Of a stretch of 24,000 nt of DNA, positions 6,379-14,886 are shown one piece after another. Every line of letters begins with the position of its first letter. The first letter of the stretch is position 1. A program made the translations under genes and the position numbers. The stretch comes from an uncultured bacterium. GTDB taxonomy: Bacteria; Patescibacteriota; Minisyncoccia; Phycocordibacterales; CAIZIN01. Below the pieces are notes generated by a model. It saw only the letters and a program-made list of their open reading frames with translations. It was not told the origin of the DNA and did no database searches. The DNA is taken from assembly GCA_903933085.1 (NCBI GenBank), contig CAIZIN010000047.1:2885-26884 (forward strand). The letters are read 5' to 3'.

Positions 6379-6885
6379 ATGAAAGACCCAAATCCAAATA
6401 CAATAGGGAACCCGATAGTAAAAATTGAAACAATAATACCGAGTTGGGCAAAACAATACATTGAGGAAATTCGAGAATTAGGCCACGACGGAATAACCTA
6501 TACTTATTTAATAATTAAAGAAGATGAGTTAGGAAAAGTCGCTAATGTGCCAAAAACTTTCGCAAGCTATAGTAAAGAGGGATTGATTTCTGTAAGTAGT
6601 AATTATCCCGAGCAATATAGGGAACTTGGCCTAGCCCATGAAATACGAGAACATAATGAGCATAAAGGCGAAAAAGGTTGCTGTTTAGTTTGTTTGAAGT
6701 CAGAACTTCAGGATTTAGAAAAGACAGAGTTAAATAAAAAAGAATACATTCAATTTAGACTAGAATTCTTTAATGATCTAGTTTCTTTTTACGAGGGTAA
6801 ATCGAGAGATGAAGGAGAAGATTCTCTACTAGAAAATTTAGTCCTGAGCAGAGATTATTTAATTGAAGTGTTAAATACATTGTAA
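6379..6885 (+). CDS. hypothetical protein, 168 aa
   Basis: ORF 6 nt downstream of the TrmB-like gene, so likely co-transcribed. No motif recognised. Confidence 0.7.
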   Translation: MKDPNPNTIGNPIVKIETIIPSWAKQYIEEIRELGHDGITYTYLIIKEDELGKVANVPKTFASYSKEGLISVSSNYPEQYRELGLAHEIREHNEHKGEKGCCLVCLKSELQDLEKTELNKKEYIQFRLEFFNDLVSFYEGKSRDEGEDSLLENLVLSRDYLIEVLNTL

Positions 6886-6936
6886 TTCGATTTTAAAAAA
6901 TATTCAAAATAAATATCATCTAATATATAAAGAGTT

Positions 6937-6970
6937 AAATAAAAAAGCGCCGTACCAAAAGGTCGTGCGC
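6937..6970. terminator. bidirectional terminator between convergent genes
   Basis: AAATAAAAAAGCGCCGTACCAAAAGGTCGTGCGC, identical to 2636-2669. A-run on one side, U-rich on the other. Confidence 0.6.
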
Positions 6971-6993
6971 TTAAGCTTTTCTTGCAGATTTGA

Positions 6994-7254
6994 TTAACTT
7001 CCAGTTCCTTGATAATACATCTCGGCTTGGTATGCGGGAAGCCCCAAGCTATGTCCCGCATCTCGGTAGACTGAAGTTTCGTCTAATGTAAGTTCCAAGA
7101 TGTAAAGAGGTGACTTCAAACCGTTTTGCTTACGTTTTTCATACAACTCCTTTTCTAACGCAAGAAAGCCTTGAGTTAGCTTAGTTTCACTAGTTTTTTT
7201 CAGAAGCTCCATAGCTCCTTCAAAATCATCGTAAAACGAAGCGATTTCTGTCAT
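6994..7254 (-). CDS. hypothetical protein, 86 aa
   Basis: ORF with ATG start and a terminator downstream. No motif recognised. Confidence 0.6.
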   Translation of the reverse strand: MTEIASFYDDFEGAMELLKKTSETKLTQGFLALEKELYEKRKQNGLKSPLYILELTLDETSVYRDAGHSLGLPAYQAEMYYQGTGS

Positions 7255-7419
7255 TCTTTCAAATCTTATATCTTCGTGTGAGGTAGTTTCGTCTATAGTG
7301 TATATGTGATGTTTCCGAAGAACACTTTGGCCAATCCCTTATTGACAAAAGTTTCCTCTAAAACCATACCACACTATTTCTAAATACGCAAATCATGAAA
7401 AATTAAGTCACAAAACCTA

Positions 7420-7448
7420 AACCCACCGCGCTGTTGGCGCGGTGGGTT
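7420..7448 (-). terminator. Rho-independent terminator after the DksA-like gene
   Basis: 12-bp stem AACCCACCGCGC/GCGCGGTGGGTT followed on the minus strand by UUUAGGUUUUGUG. A second hairpin lies at 7482-7509 (CCGCCCTT/AAGGGCGG). Confidence 0.6.
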
Positions 7449-7546
7449 TGTATTTTGTTATATGTTACGTGTTATCCACCACCGCCCTTAAATACTTAAA
7501 GAAGGGCGGGGTGAATTAAAATATAGTCGCGGGTACGCTCCTTATT

Positions 7547-7906
7547 TTAATTCATGTGCTCCTTGCAGGTTTTTGCGGAAGGATTTGCATCCATTCGATC
7601 GTCTTCAATTTCCTTATCGCAAACCTCACAAATACCGAACTTATCAGTACCTATTTTTGTCAAAGCTTCATCAACCTCTCTCAACTGTTCTTCAAGAGCG
7701 TTAATCAGGGCTTTATTACCTTCGAGTTCTTCAAACATATCTGCTACATCATTTTCGTCAGCAGGTAATACGTCTAGATCGGTAACAGTAGCTTCCCAAT
7801 CATTTGGATTTTTTGGATCTCTCCTGCCAATACCAGAAAGATCAGCTTCTAATTGAACCTTCTGGTTTTCCAATATTTCTTTGAAATGCTTTGTATCTTT
7901 AATCAT
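7547..7906 (-). CDS. TraR/DksA-family zinc-finger protein
   Basis: 119 aa. C-terminal CEVCDKEIEDDRMDANPSAKTCKEH zinc finger preceded by a coiled-coil-like acidic region. Confidence 0.85.
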   Translation of the reverse strand: MIKDTKHFKEILENQKVQLEADLSGIGRRDPKNPNDWEATVTDLDVLPADENDVADMFEELEGNKALINALEEQLREVDEALTKIGTDKFGICEVCDKEIEDDRMDANPSAKTCKEHMN

Positions 7907-7915
7907 ATGACTATT

Positions 7916-9217
7916 CTATTGTTTAAATTGACTTGTGGCAAGTCTTTTCACTATCTCATCTAATGTCCCAAGATCTTTTGCTATAAGTAATATTCTATCA
8001 TTAATAAATGTGTAGTACATCAATATCTTCCCTGAAGTTGTTCTGAGGACTCTCATATCTCGATTATTGAAAATCTCATCTTTAAAAATCAAAGAGTTAG
8101 CGATGATATACCTTGATTTAAATTCCCTAAAATCAGCTTCGTTTACAATTGGTGTACTTGAGGAAGTGCTAGCAACAACAATTGACGTAGTCCCAACTTG
8201 AGTCAAAACACTTGTCGTTCCAGTATTCGTACCTACAAATGTACTTGTACTCATAGTACTAGTACTTAACACAAGAGCTTTACTTGTTGAAGCAGAAACA
8301 GAAGAGGAAGTTGCTACAGGAGGAACTTCTACCAAATCAGCTTTAGTAAAAAATAAATCTCCGATATCATCTGCCATAGCAGTTTCCCACTCCAACATTC
8401 CTGCATACATCTGATTAAATGAACCAGATGTAAGGAGAATGAAAGAACTAACTTGATCAGCATTTTTATTTATTCCCAACATAAAAGTACTATCAAAGGC
8501 CCGCATGAGAGCTGAAGATATTCTTACATCAAGCATAGACAAAAATAAATTTGTACTAACCAATGATGTGCTTGTAGATTCTTTATAGGCAACTGGTGTA
8601 TACACAATTGATGTATCACTCTGATAAGATTGTTTTTTTGCTTGCAACAAACCTTCTACTACTTTCTTTCTTTCTATGGAATCTAAAGTAATGTCAAACT
8701 CTTCATCATATGGAATAATCGAAACTTTATGTTGTTGTGCCACAGGATTAACAACAGTATTTCTATTGCCTATAAAGTACCACACACCAACAAAACCAAC
8801 ACAAGCAACAAGAATCATAATCACACTCAAGACGATAATATTCCTATTCTTAGGAGTGGAAGGACTGAGTTCTTCTTCAATCATTCTTTCAGCCTCTTGC
8901 TTCTTTGCTTCGGCCATTACAATCTTCGCCATTGATATCCCATCATTTTGGACGGTATTCTTAACATCATCAGCATATGTATGAATCGGACTTATCTTAA
9001 CAGTATTTTCAGATGGATGAAAAGCTATTTTTTTTTCTTCATTAGGAAGTAACGGTGTTTCAGTCTTTTTTTCAGCCACATTATTCATATTGTTTTCTGG
9101 ATGGAAAAAATTCTTCCCTTCAGTATTTTGATCAGAAGGAACAACCCCATTTCTGTTAGGGATAATCCTTATTGGCTCATTACTATTACTTTGTTTGTTC
9201 TCCTGTTGTGGTTCCAT
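7916..9217 (-). CDS. membrane-anchored hypothetical protein, 433 aa, with Ser/Thr-rich linker
   Basis: Single TM segment IIVLSVIMILVACVGFVGVWYFI. S/T-rich stretch (TSSSVSASTS...STSSSTP). Its stop lies 9 nt before the DksA-like start. Confidence 0.75.
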   Translation of the reverse strand: MEPQQENKQSNSNEPIRIIPNRNGVVPSDQNTEGKNFFHPENNMNNVAEKKTETPLLPNEEKKIAFHPSENTVKISPIHTYADDVKNTVQNDGISMAKIVMAEAKKQEAERMIEEELSPSTPKNRNIIVLSVIMILVACVGFVGVWYFIGNRNTVVNPVAQQHKVSIIPYDEEFDITLDSIERKKVVEGLLQAKKQSYQSDTSIVYTPVAYKESTSTSLVSTNLFLSMLDVRISSALMRAFDSTFMLGINKNADQVSSFILLTSGSFNQMYAGMLEWETAMADDIGDLFFTKADLVEVPPVATSSSVSASTSKALVLSTSTMSTSTFVGTNTGTTSVLTQVGTTSIVVASTSSSTPIVNEADFREFKSRYIIANSLIFKDEIFNNRDMRVLRTTSGKILMYYTFINDRILLIAKDLGTLDEIVKRLATSQFKQ

Positions 9218-9308
9218 TCCAATAGAAATTTTAATTTGTAACGTTTAACTTATATTTACACACCTCACTTTAACTTAATCTTTAACTAATTATACTTTAT
9301 ATAATTAG

Positions 9309-11447
9309 TTAAAGGGATAAATTTTTTGGCGTCTCACCATATGGGTTTTTAATGAAATCAGGGTTAGCGGATTTGATAGATAAATTTATTCTTTTCTTCT
9401 CATCAATTTCTTTTATCATTACAGGAACTTCCATTCCTTCACGTAACACATCAGAAACTTTTGAAACACGAAAAGGTGCAATCTCTGAAATATGGACCAT
9501 TCCTTCCGAATTTGGAGCAAACTCTACGAATGCACCAAAATCCATAAGCCGAGTAACTTTTCCTGTAAATTTTTCTCCGGGCTTAAATTCTCTTGTAAGA
9601 TTATACACCATTTCGCGAGCTAAATCTGCAGAACCATTTTTCCCTGTGATATAAACAGTTCCATCTTGTTCAATATTTAATTCTGCCCCAGTCTTTTCTT
9701 GAATTTCTTTAATAACTTTTCCGCCAGGACCAATCACAGCACCAATCAATTCTTTATTAATCACAATCGTAACTATTTTTGGAGCATTTTCAGAAATGTT
9801 TGGACGTGGAGCAGGAATAGCTGAAGTCATAACATCAAGAATCTTAAATCTTGCATCTTTTGCTTTTTGCAATGCAATTGCAAGAACTGGAAGTGGAATT
9901 CCATCTACTTTAATATCCATTTGAATTGCAGTGATTCCCTCTTTAGTACCAGCAACTTTAAAATCCATATCACCAAACTCATCTTCAGGGCCTTGAATAT
10001 CAGTTAAAACTTTATAATTATTTTCATCCCTCATCATAAGACCAGATGCTATACCCGCCACAGGAGCCTTGATAGGTACTCCACCATCCATCATAGCAAT
10101 ACATCCCGCACAAACAGCCGCCATTGATGTTGAGCCATTTGAAGCCATTGATTCAGCTACAAGTCTTATTGTGTAAGGAAAGCCAGGCTTCTCAGGTACT
10201 ACTGCTTTCAACGCTTTTTCTGCGAGAGCTCCGTGACCGATCATTCTTCGATTTGTCCCACCCATTCTACCTGTTTCACCACCTGAGTAAGGAGGAAAAT
10301 TGTAGTGATGGATAAAATGTTTTGAAGAAGTTTCTTCAGCCCCTTCTACAGTCATTGAATCTTGAGGACCACCGAGAGTAAGCATTGATAGCATATGTGT
10401 TCCTCCTCGATAAAATATTCCAGCTCCATGTATTATGTTTGAAATTCCTCCTGCTTGTGCAAAAAGAGACCGTACTTCGTCAAACCCACGTCCATCGGCT
10501 CTTTTATTATCTTCAATCGCACCTTTATGAATCACTTCATCAACTTTGTCTTGGTAAAATGAAAGTGCGAGCTTGATAGATTTGCCATCAATTTCTTTAG
10601 CTTTCAACGCTTCGGCAAATTCATCTTCAAGATCATGAATCGCACCTTTTCCAGCCACTCCACAGAAAACTGCATCGTAAAGTTTTGGTTCAATATTTTC
10701 CTTATATAAAGAAATGACTTCCTCTGGTAATATAGGTGCAGGAATTATAACTTTTACTTTTCCGATTTCTGAAATTATTTGTTTTTGCCAAATTTGAATC
10801 TTTTCTATTTCTTCCTTTGCTTTAGCAAGTGCTTTTTCTGCCATCTCTTCACTAATTTCTTTTGCACCAACTTCAATCATGTTTATATTTCCATCTTTTC
10901 CACAAGCAAACATCTCCATCAAATATTCTGGATTTTCATCATATCCAAAAACTGGATTAACAGTAAAACCCTCTTCATCCTTAAATGCAACGAGTCGAAC
11001 CCCAGAAACAGGGCCTTTCCAAGGGATATCGGAAGTTCCAAGAGCGAGTGATGAGCCAATAAGTCCCAAAACATCAGGATCATCTTCACCAATAGAAAGA
11101 GTTGTTGTTACAACCTGCACATCTCGGCGGATATACTGATCAAAAAGTGGTCGAATTGTTCGATCAATAATTCTTCCCGATAAAATCGCTTCATCTGAAG
11201 GTTTTCCTTCTCGTCTTTGGTATTTATTTCCCAAAATTTTACCAGAAGCATAAAAACGCTCCTCAAAATCTACAGTTAGAGGAAAAAAATCTCCGTCTTT
11301 CTCATTTTTACCAAGGCAGGCTGTCACTAATACAACAGTTTCGCCGTATCTCATTATTACCGAACCATTTGTCTGGTCGGCTAGGTCATTAAATTCAGCA
11401 GTAAGTTTCTTACCACCAACCTCTAATGAAAATTCTTTTTTAATCAT
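9309..11447 (-). CDS. pnp: polyribonucleotide nucleotidyltransferase (PNPase)
   Basis: 712 aa. Two RNase PH-like domains, a KH motif (GPGGKVIKEIQEKTG) and a C-terminal S1 domain (FGAFVEF). Confidence 0.97.
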   Translation of the reverse strand: MIKKEFSLEVGGKKLTAEFNDLADQTNGSVIMRYGETVVLVTACLGKNEKDGDFFPLTVDFEERFYASGKILGNKYQRREGKPSDEAILSGRIIDRTIRPLFDQYIRRDVQVVTTTLSIGEDDPDVLGLIGSSLALGTSDIPWKGPVSGVRLVAFKDEEGFTVNPVFGYDENPEYLMEMFACGKDGNINMIEVGAKEISEEMAEKALAKAKEEIEKIQIWQKQIISEIGKVKVIIPAPILPEEVISLYKENIEPKLYDAVFCGVAGKGAIHDLEDEFAEALKAKEIDGKSIKLALSFYQDKVDEVIHKGAIEDNKRADGRGFDEVRSLFAQAGGISNIIHGAGIFYRGGTHMLSMLTLGGPQDSMTVEGAEETSSKHFIHHYNFPPYSGGETGRMGGTNRRMIGHGALAEKALKAVVPEKPGFPYTIRLVAESMASNGSTSMAAVCAGCIAMMDGGVPIKAPVAGIASGLMMRDENNYKVLTDIQGPEDEFGDMDFKVAGTKEGITAIQMDIKVDGIPLPVLAIALQKAKDARFKILDVMTSAIPAPRPNISENAPKIVTIVINKELIGAVIGPGGKVIKEIQEKTGAELNIEQDGTVYITGKNGSADLAREMVYNLTREFKPGEKFTGKVTRLMDFGAFVEFAPNSEGMVHISEIAPFRVSKVSDVLREGMEVPVMIKEIDEKKRINLSIKSANPDFIKNPYGETPKNLSL

Positions 11448-11529
11448 TATTTATTATGCGGGTCTTTACTTCCGAGCGCTCCCCTAGTAAATTCAATCCT
11501 TGATTATAATCCTCTTTGCCACCCTTTTC

Positions 11530-11562
11530 CCTTCTGTCATTGCCGACCTGATCGGCAATCCA
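11530..11562 (+). repeat. GTCATT-family palindromic element, copy A (short)
   Basis: CCCTTCTGTCATTGCCGA-CCTGA-TCGGCAATCC. Same 5' flank CCCTTCTGTCATT as copies B, C and D. Confidence 0.6.
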
Positions 11563-11641
11563 TGAGAATTTGTGTTGCAATTAGGCCTATAATCAAAAAT
11601 TGAAATTTCACCTCAGGGGTTTTTAAAATCTCAAGCCTCTC

Positions 11642-11768
11642 CCTTCTGTCATTCCGGATTTAGGCCACAAGTATTTTTCTGGTGAAAAATCTTCTGGCCA
11701 CACCTCGGCTCGTCAGCCTCCGGTCTTGCAGTCGGGTCCTTCCCCGACTTCACGGAATCCAGTCTGCA
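11642..11768 (+). repeat. GTCATTCC-family palindromic element, copy B (multi-hairpin)
   Basis: CCCTTCTGTCATTCCGG...CGGAATCCAGTCTG. Closing helix ATTCCG/CGGAAT encloses three hairpins (11664-11700, GGCU/AGCC, GUCGGG/CCCGAC). Confidence 0.6.
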
Positions 11769-11969
11769 GAATTCTTGAAATCTTTGCTCAAAAAGACCTC
11801 AAAATTAATTTATTAATGAGCAAATTATATCACACTAGCGGTTATACCACGAGAGCACTTCTTGTGTTCCTAATTCGCTTCGCTCATAAGGAAACAAAGT
11901 CGAGCTCTAGGTATTAAAATTGTTATAAATGTTGTAATTGTTCAAAATGTTCTATGAGTAAATGTAAAG

Positions 11970-12029
11970 GGTGGGTTTTGCGAAGCAAAACCCACCTAAG
12001 AAAAAAACCTATCACAACTATGATAGGTT
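11970..12029 (-). terminator. tandem terminator hairpins after the 90-aa gene
   Basis: Minus strand AACCUAUCA-loop-UGAUAGGUU followed by a U8 run (12006-12029 plus the A-run 11999-12005), then GGUGGGUUUUGC-UUC-GCAAAACCCACC (11970-11996). Confidence 0.7.
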
Positions 12030-12051
12030 AATCAAGATAAATTCTGCGAAA

Positions 12052-12324
12052 TTACGACCCAAGCGTATAACCCCCACCCATGCCCCAACCAAGATTATTG
12101 CCAGCGAAGACAATAATCCCAGCCTGACTATAGAATGTTTGTTGCTCGCCACCAGAACTTTGGATTAAACCGACGACTTCGACAACATTTTCGGGGCTGA
12201 AGCTAGTCGCCATTAGCGGCTTAGATTTTGCTCCTTCGATTGTAAGTGGAACAAGAACGCTCCCCTTGGGAAGTCTTAGGGCATCCTCGGGCTTTGTTTT
12301 CAGGTCGATTATCAAGCTTTTCAT
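12052..12324 (-). CDS. hypothetical protein, 90 aa, Gly-rich C-terminus
   Basis: ORF with its own promoter and terminator. C-terminus is GNNLGWGMGGGYTLGS. Confidence 0.6.
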   Translation of the reverse strand: MKSLIIDLKTKPEDALRLPKGSVLVPLTIEGAKSKPLMATSFSPENVVEVVGLIQSSGGEQQTFYSQAGIIVFAGNNLGWGMGGGYTLGS

Positions 12325-12412
12325 TTCTTCAATTTTCTGTGGCCGTTCAAAGGACAGTGAGATTATTCAACCTCATGCAATCCAAAACAGTTTGGCAGAC
12401 TATTCTACCCTC

Positions 12413-12440
12413 AAATTACTCTTTTTGAAATTTATGTCAA
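12413..12440 (-). promoter_or_regulatory. promoter of the 90-aa cassette
   Basis: Minus strand TTGACA, 16-nt spacer, TAATTT. The -10 and downstream leader are conserved with 13301-13329. Confidence 0.55.
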
Positions 12441-12441
12441 G

Positions 12442-12467
12442 AAAAAAGCCTCGTATTTCTACGAGGC
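12442..12467 (-). terminator. Rho-independent terminator after the 229-aa gene
   Basis: Minus strand GCCUCGUA-GAAA-UACGAGGC followed by UUUUUU. A near-copy lies at 13432-13458. Confidence 0.7.
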
Positions 12468-12482
12468 CTGAAATCGAATTCG

Positions 12483-13172
12483 CTATTTAGCGCCATACTT
12501 GCACTGATTTTCCACATCCCGAACAACTCTTAGACGTTGATACGAAATGCGAACCGAGTTTGCCGCACTGATACAAACATCTAGCCTGAGACTCAATGAA
12601 TCGCCTATTATACACAATTCCTCAACTTCTCGAACTGTGGAATATGGGCAGCCGCTCGCAAACTGCAATGATTGCTGAAAAAATAGGAGTTTCTTCACCA
12701 AAATTATCAATGTTTCTCGAATACCTGACTCTGTTAAAACCCCACGGCTTCTAATTGTTCCGGCACGAAGATCAGCCGGATCAAGCACATCAATCACCTT
12801 TTCAAAGGCATCGAGCTTTTGTTCTGCTTCTGATATAATTTTGTCTAGTTTGTTAGTTTTGCGGATTACCAATACAAGCGCAGTAACAGGTGGCGACATC
12901 AAAATAATCAAGTAAAGGGTAGAATATAGAACTCTGATTATTGATTCCTCGTTTGTAATGATAGGCCGTATAATCAAAACAATAAATGCGGCGAGACAAT
13001 ACAACGTAAGCCCGACAAGCCAAGCTCTCCAAATGAATTGAATTTTCTTAATCGCCTTAACCATTTCCCCAAACTCTTCCCGAAGGTTGATGTTGAAGTT
13101 TTTGCTGTAAGATTCTTGCAATGTGATAGCCACAGAATCAAGCAGTTTCTTGTATTTTTCAATCATATTCAC
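12483..13172 (-). CDS. hypothetical membrane protein, 229 aa (two predicted TM helices)
   Basis: Hydrophobic segments WLVGLTLYCLAAFIVLII and LYSTLYLIILMSPPVTALVLVI. The track start at 13172 is GTG; an ATG two codons in (13166) is an alternative start. Confidence 0.7.
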   Translation of the reverse strand: MNMIEKYKKLLDSVAITLQESYSKNFNINLREEFGEMVKAIKKIQFIWRAWLVGLTLYCLAAFIVLIIRPIITNEESIIRVLYSTLYLIILMSPPVTALVLVIRKTNKLDKIISEAEQKLDAFEKVIDVLDPADLRAGTIRSRGVLTESGIRETLIILVKKLLFFQQSLQFASGCPYSTVREVEELCIIGDSLSLRLDVCISAANSVRISYQRLRVVRDVENQCKYGAK

Positions 13173-13300
13173 TTTTTTGTTTCTTTCAAATGCCAGAATG
13201 GGAGATTAGGGATGGGTCTTCAAACCATTCTGAAAGGCTTCAACCAGTCAGAATATAGCTTCATATAATCGAAACAGTTTGGCGGACTATTCTGCCCTTC

Positions 13301-13329
13301 AAATTACAACAACGCAACAACCTTGTCAA
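13301..13329 (-). promoter_or_regulatory. promoter of the 229-aa cassette
   Basis: Minus strand TTGACA, 17-nt spacer, TAATTT, followed by the same conserved leader as at 12385-12419. Confidence 0.55.
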
Positions 13330-13336
13330 TCTCATA

Positions 13337-13373
13337 CAAAACAGCGATTTCACTATGTGAAATCGCTGTTTTG
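13337..13373. terminator. 17-bp perfect palindromic hairpin (bidirectional terminator-like)
   Basis: CAAAACAGCGATTTCAC-TAT-GTGAAATCGCTGTTTTG. Its core is repeated at 22408-22432. Confidence 0.5.
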
Positions 13374-13431
13374 TCTTTGAATTGTGTTAACAAAATATGT
13401 CGAACTATAATTGTTGACCCCCCCACCCAAG

Positions 13432-13458
13432 AAAAAAGCCCCGTATTGCTACGGGGCT
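13432..13458 (-). terminator. Rho-independent terminator after the 74-aa gene
   Basis: Minus strand AGCCCCGUA-GCAA-UACGGGGCU followed by a U-run. Confidence 0.7.
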
Positions 13459-13466
13459 TAAAATAA

Positions 13467-13691
13467 TCAAAATGGCGACTCACAAAAGATTTTGTTGTCT
13501 ACAAACGGACTACGATGATCCGAGTAGACTAAAGTTCCAAAAAATTTGAAAAGGTCAACGAGAGTGAACTCGAACCACCCATCTTGCTTTTTATGGGTTT
13601 CAATCTTTTCCAGCAAATATTTTTCGCTGTAAACCCTCGCCAGTGGAGTAAGCTTTACCCACACCCTATCTTCTAATCGCAAATGAGACAT
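13467..13691 (-). CDS. hypothetical protein, 74 aa
   Basis: ORF flanked by a near-consensus promoter and a terminator. Confidence 0.55.
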   Translation of the reverse strand: MSHLRLEDRVWVKLTPLARVYSEKYLLEKIETHKKQDGWFEFTLVDLFKFFGTLVYSDHRSPFVDNKIFCESPF

Positions 13692-13734
13692 ATTGGTTTA
13701 TCTTTGGTTGACTGTTGAAATTACTACCTTTTTT

Positions 13735-13763
13735 ATAATAGCATCAATAAGCCTTACTGTCAA
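13735..13763 (-). promoter_or_regulatory. promoter of the 74-aa gene
   Basis: Minus strand TTGACA, 17-nt spacer, TATTAT; about 45 nt upstream of the ATG at 13691. Confidence 0.55.
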
Positions 13764-13849
13764 TTAATATCTATAAATATCCATATTCCAAGCCAATAAG
13801 TCAAAGGGGTTTATACCGGACTAGTTTTTATTTTAAAAATCTTTTTTTG

Positions 13850-14635
13850 TTATTCCTTACAAACTTCCCACATTCGTTCCCACAAAAGCTGTTGTAAATT
13901 GGCAAACTCCATACTATGTACAACAAAAGCAATCTTTTCCTCGCTCCCGCTCGCAAAAAGGCATTTATCTCCATATATCCAATAGCTCATATGCCAATCA
14001 GTACCTTTTGGTGCATAGCGTTTTTTATTTAGTTTGTTGGCTGGATCTTGTTTTAGCCATTCATGTCCTTCTTTTTCTCTCAAAGGTCGGTCTCTCTCTG
14101 GCTCTATCACATTTACCCGAACATCAAGCTCAATACCCGGTTTTCTATGATCAAACAAAAATTCTACTCCTAGCATTTCTATCATATCGCTAGTTGGCCA
14201 CATTAAATAGGCTTCTTTATATTCACTATTCCAAGACATGTCGCGAAAGGCCTGTTTGATCCCTTCGACTCCAGAATAAAACTTTATTCTAGGCCGTGCA
14301 GTCTGGCTTTTCTTATTATGTCGCGCTATAAAATCAACAAGTTCGGCCTGAGCATTTTGTAATTCTTCAATTTTTTGCTTGTGAATACGAACAATTTGCT
14401 CATTATCAGATATTGCAAAGGTTTTCCCTCTATCTTCACTGTATTCTGTGACCAAACTTTTCTCAATTAGTTCATTAAGTGAGTCATACACGGAAGATTT
14501 CGGCATATTGAGCTTGGAAGCAATATCCGAAGCCCCCATTGTGCTTTCTTCCGATAGGGCAATAAGCACCCTTTTTGATGCAGGTTTTAACCCTAAGATT
14601 CCTAATGTTTGATTTATATTAATTTCTTTTTTCAT
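13850..14635 (-). CDS. TrmB-family HTH transcriptional regulator
   Basis: N-terminus LKPASKRVLIALSEESTMGASDIASKLNMPKSSVYDSLNELIEKSLV is a TrmB-like winged helix. Length and layout resemble the ORF at 5638-6372. Confidence 0.8.
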   Translation of the reverse strand: MKKEININQTLGILGLKPASKRVLIALSEESTMGASDIASKLNMPKSSVYDSLNELIEKSLVTEYSEDRGKTFAISDNEQIVRIHKQKIEELQNAQAELVDFIARHNKKSQTARPRIKFYSGVEGIKQAFRDMSWNSEYKEAYLMWPTSDMIEMLGVEFLFDHRKPGIELDVRVNVIEPERDRPLREKEGHEWLKQDPANKLNKKRYAPKGTDWHMSYWIYGDKCLFASGSEEKIAFVVHSMEFANLQQLLWERMWEVCKE

Positions 14636-14657
14636 TTTGTTATATGTTATCCCAGTA

Positions 14658-14758
14658 CCCTCTCTGTCATTCCCGCACCTGTATCCACGAGTGTAAACTC
14701 CAGCTGAATCCAGTCTGAAAATGCGGACCTGGATCCCCGCATTCGCTAGGATGACAAA
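14658..14758 (+). repeat. GTCATTCC-family palindromic element, copy C
   Basis: CCCTCTCTGTCATTCCCGC...GAATCCAGTCTG...ATGCGG-loop-CCGCAT...AGGATGACAAA. Termini GTCATTCC/AGGATGAC pair with each other. Confidence 0.6.
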
Positions 14759-14797
14759 CTATGGCCTATTTATTGATTATTCGCGTTTCGACGAATA

Positions 14798-14826
14798 TTG
14801 TAATAAGTATATCACAGTGTTATAAT
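14798..14826 (+). promoter_or_regulatory. promoter of the 401-aa gene (extended -10)
   Basis: TTGTAA, 17-nt spacer, TATAAT, with TGt immediately upstream of the -10. Confidence 0.55.
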
Positions 14827-14836
14827 ATTGTCTAGA

Positions 14837-14853
14837 TGATTCATGGTGAATCA
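14837..14853 (+). promoter_or_regulatory. candidate operator palindrome
   Basis: TGATTCA-TGG-TGAATCA, 10 nt downstream of the -10, in the divergent region shared with the TrmB-like gene. Confidence 0.4.
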
Positions 14854-14886
14854 GCAAAACAAACTGAACTTTGAAAGGAAAATAAA

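Noticed and set aside
6379-6885. LAHEIREH in the 168-aa protein as a zinc-metalloprotease HExxH motif
   Set aside because: The spacing is HExxxH, not HExxH, and there is no third ligand context, so no protease call was made.
7286-7293. GACGAAAC on the minus strand upstream of the 86-aa gene, as a possible fourth hammerhead
   Set aside because: No CUGAUGA box and no GUC/stem I arrangement is present upstream on the minus strand. Only the short 3' half-motif matches, which is expected by chance.
9352-11139. Seven plus-strand ORFs (60-100 aa) inside pnp
   Set aside because: They are antisense to a strongly supported conserved gene and have low-complexity translations.
11651-11761. Cloverleaf-like fold of palindromic element B as a tRNA or tRNA-like gene
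   Set aside because: No T-loop (GTTCRANYC) or D-loop consensus, arm lengths are wrong, and no anticodon-loop geometry is present. It is better explained as a member of the GTCATTCC palindromic repeat family.
11726-12168. Plus-strand ORFs 11726-11917 and 11971-12168
   Set aside because: They have non-ATG or weak starts and overlap palindromic repeats, terminators and the 3' end of the 90-aa gene. Their composition is implausible.
12385-13460. Repeated cassette boundaries as integron attC sites
   Set aside because: No GTTRRRY/RYYYAAC core sites, no integron-type integrase adjacent, and each cassette carries its own promoter. The repeats are explained as promoter/leader and terminator modules.
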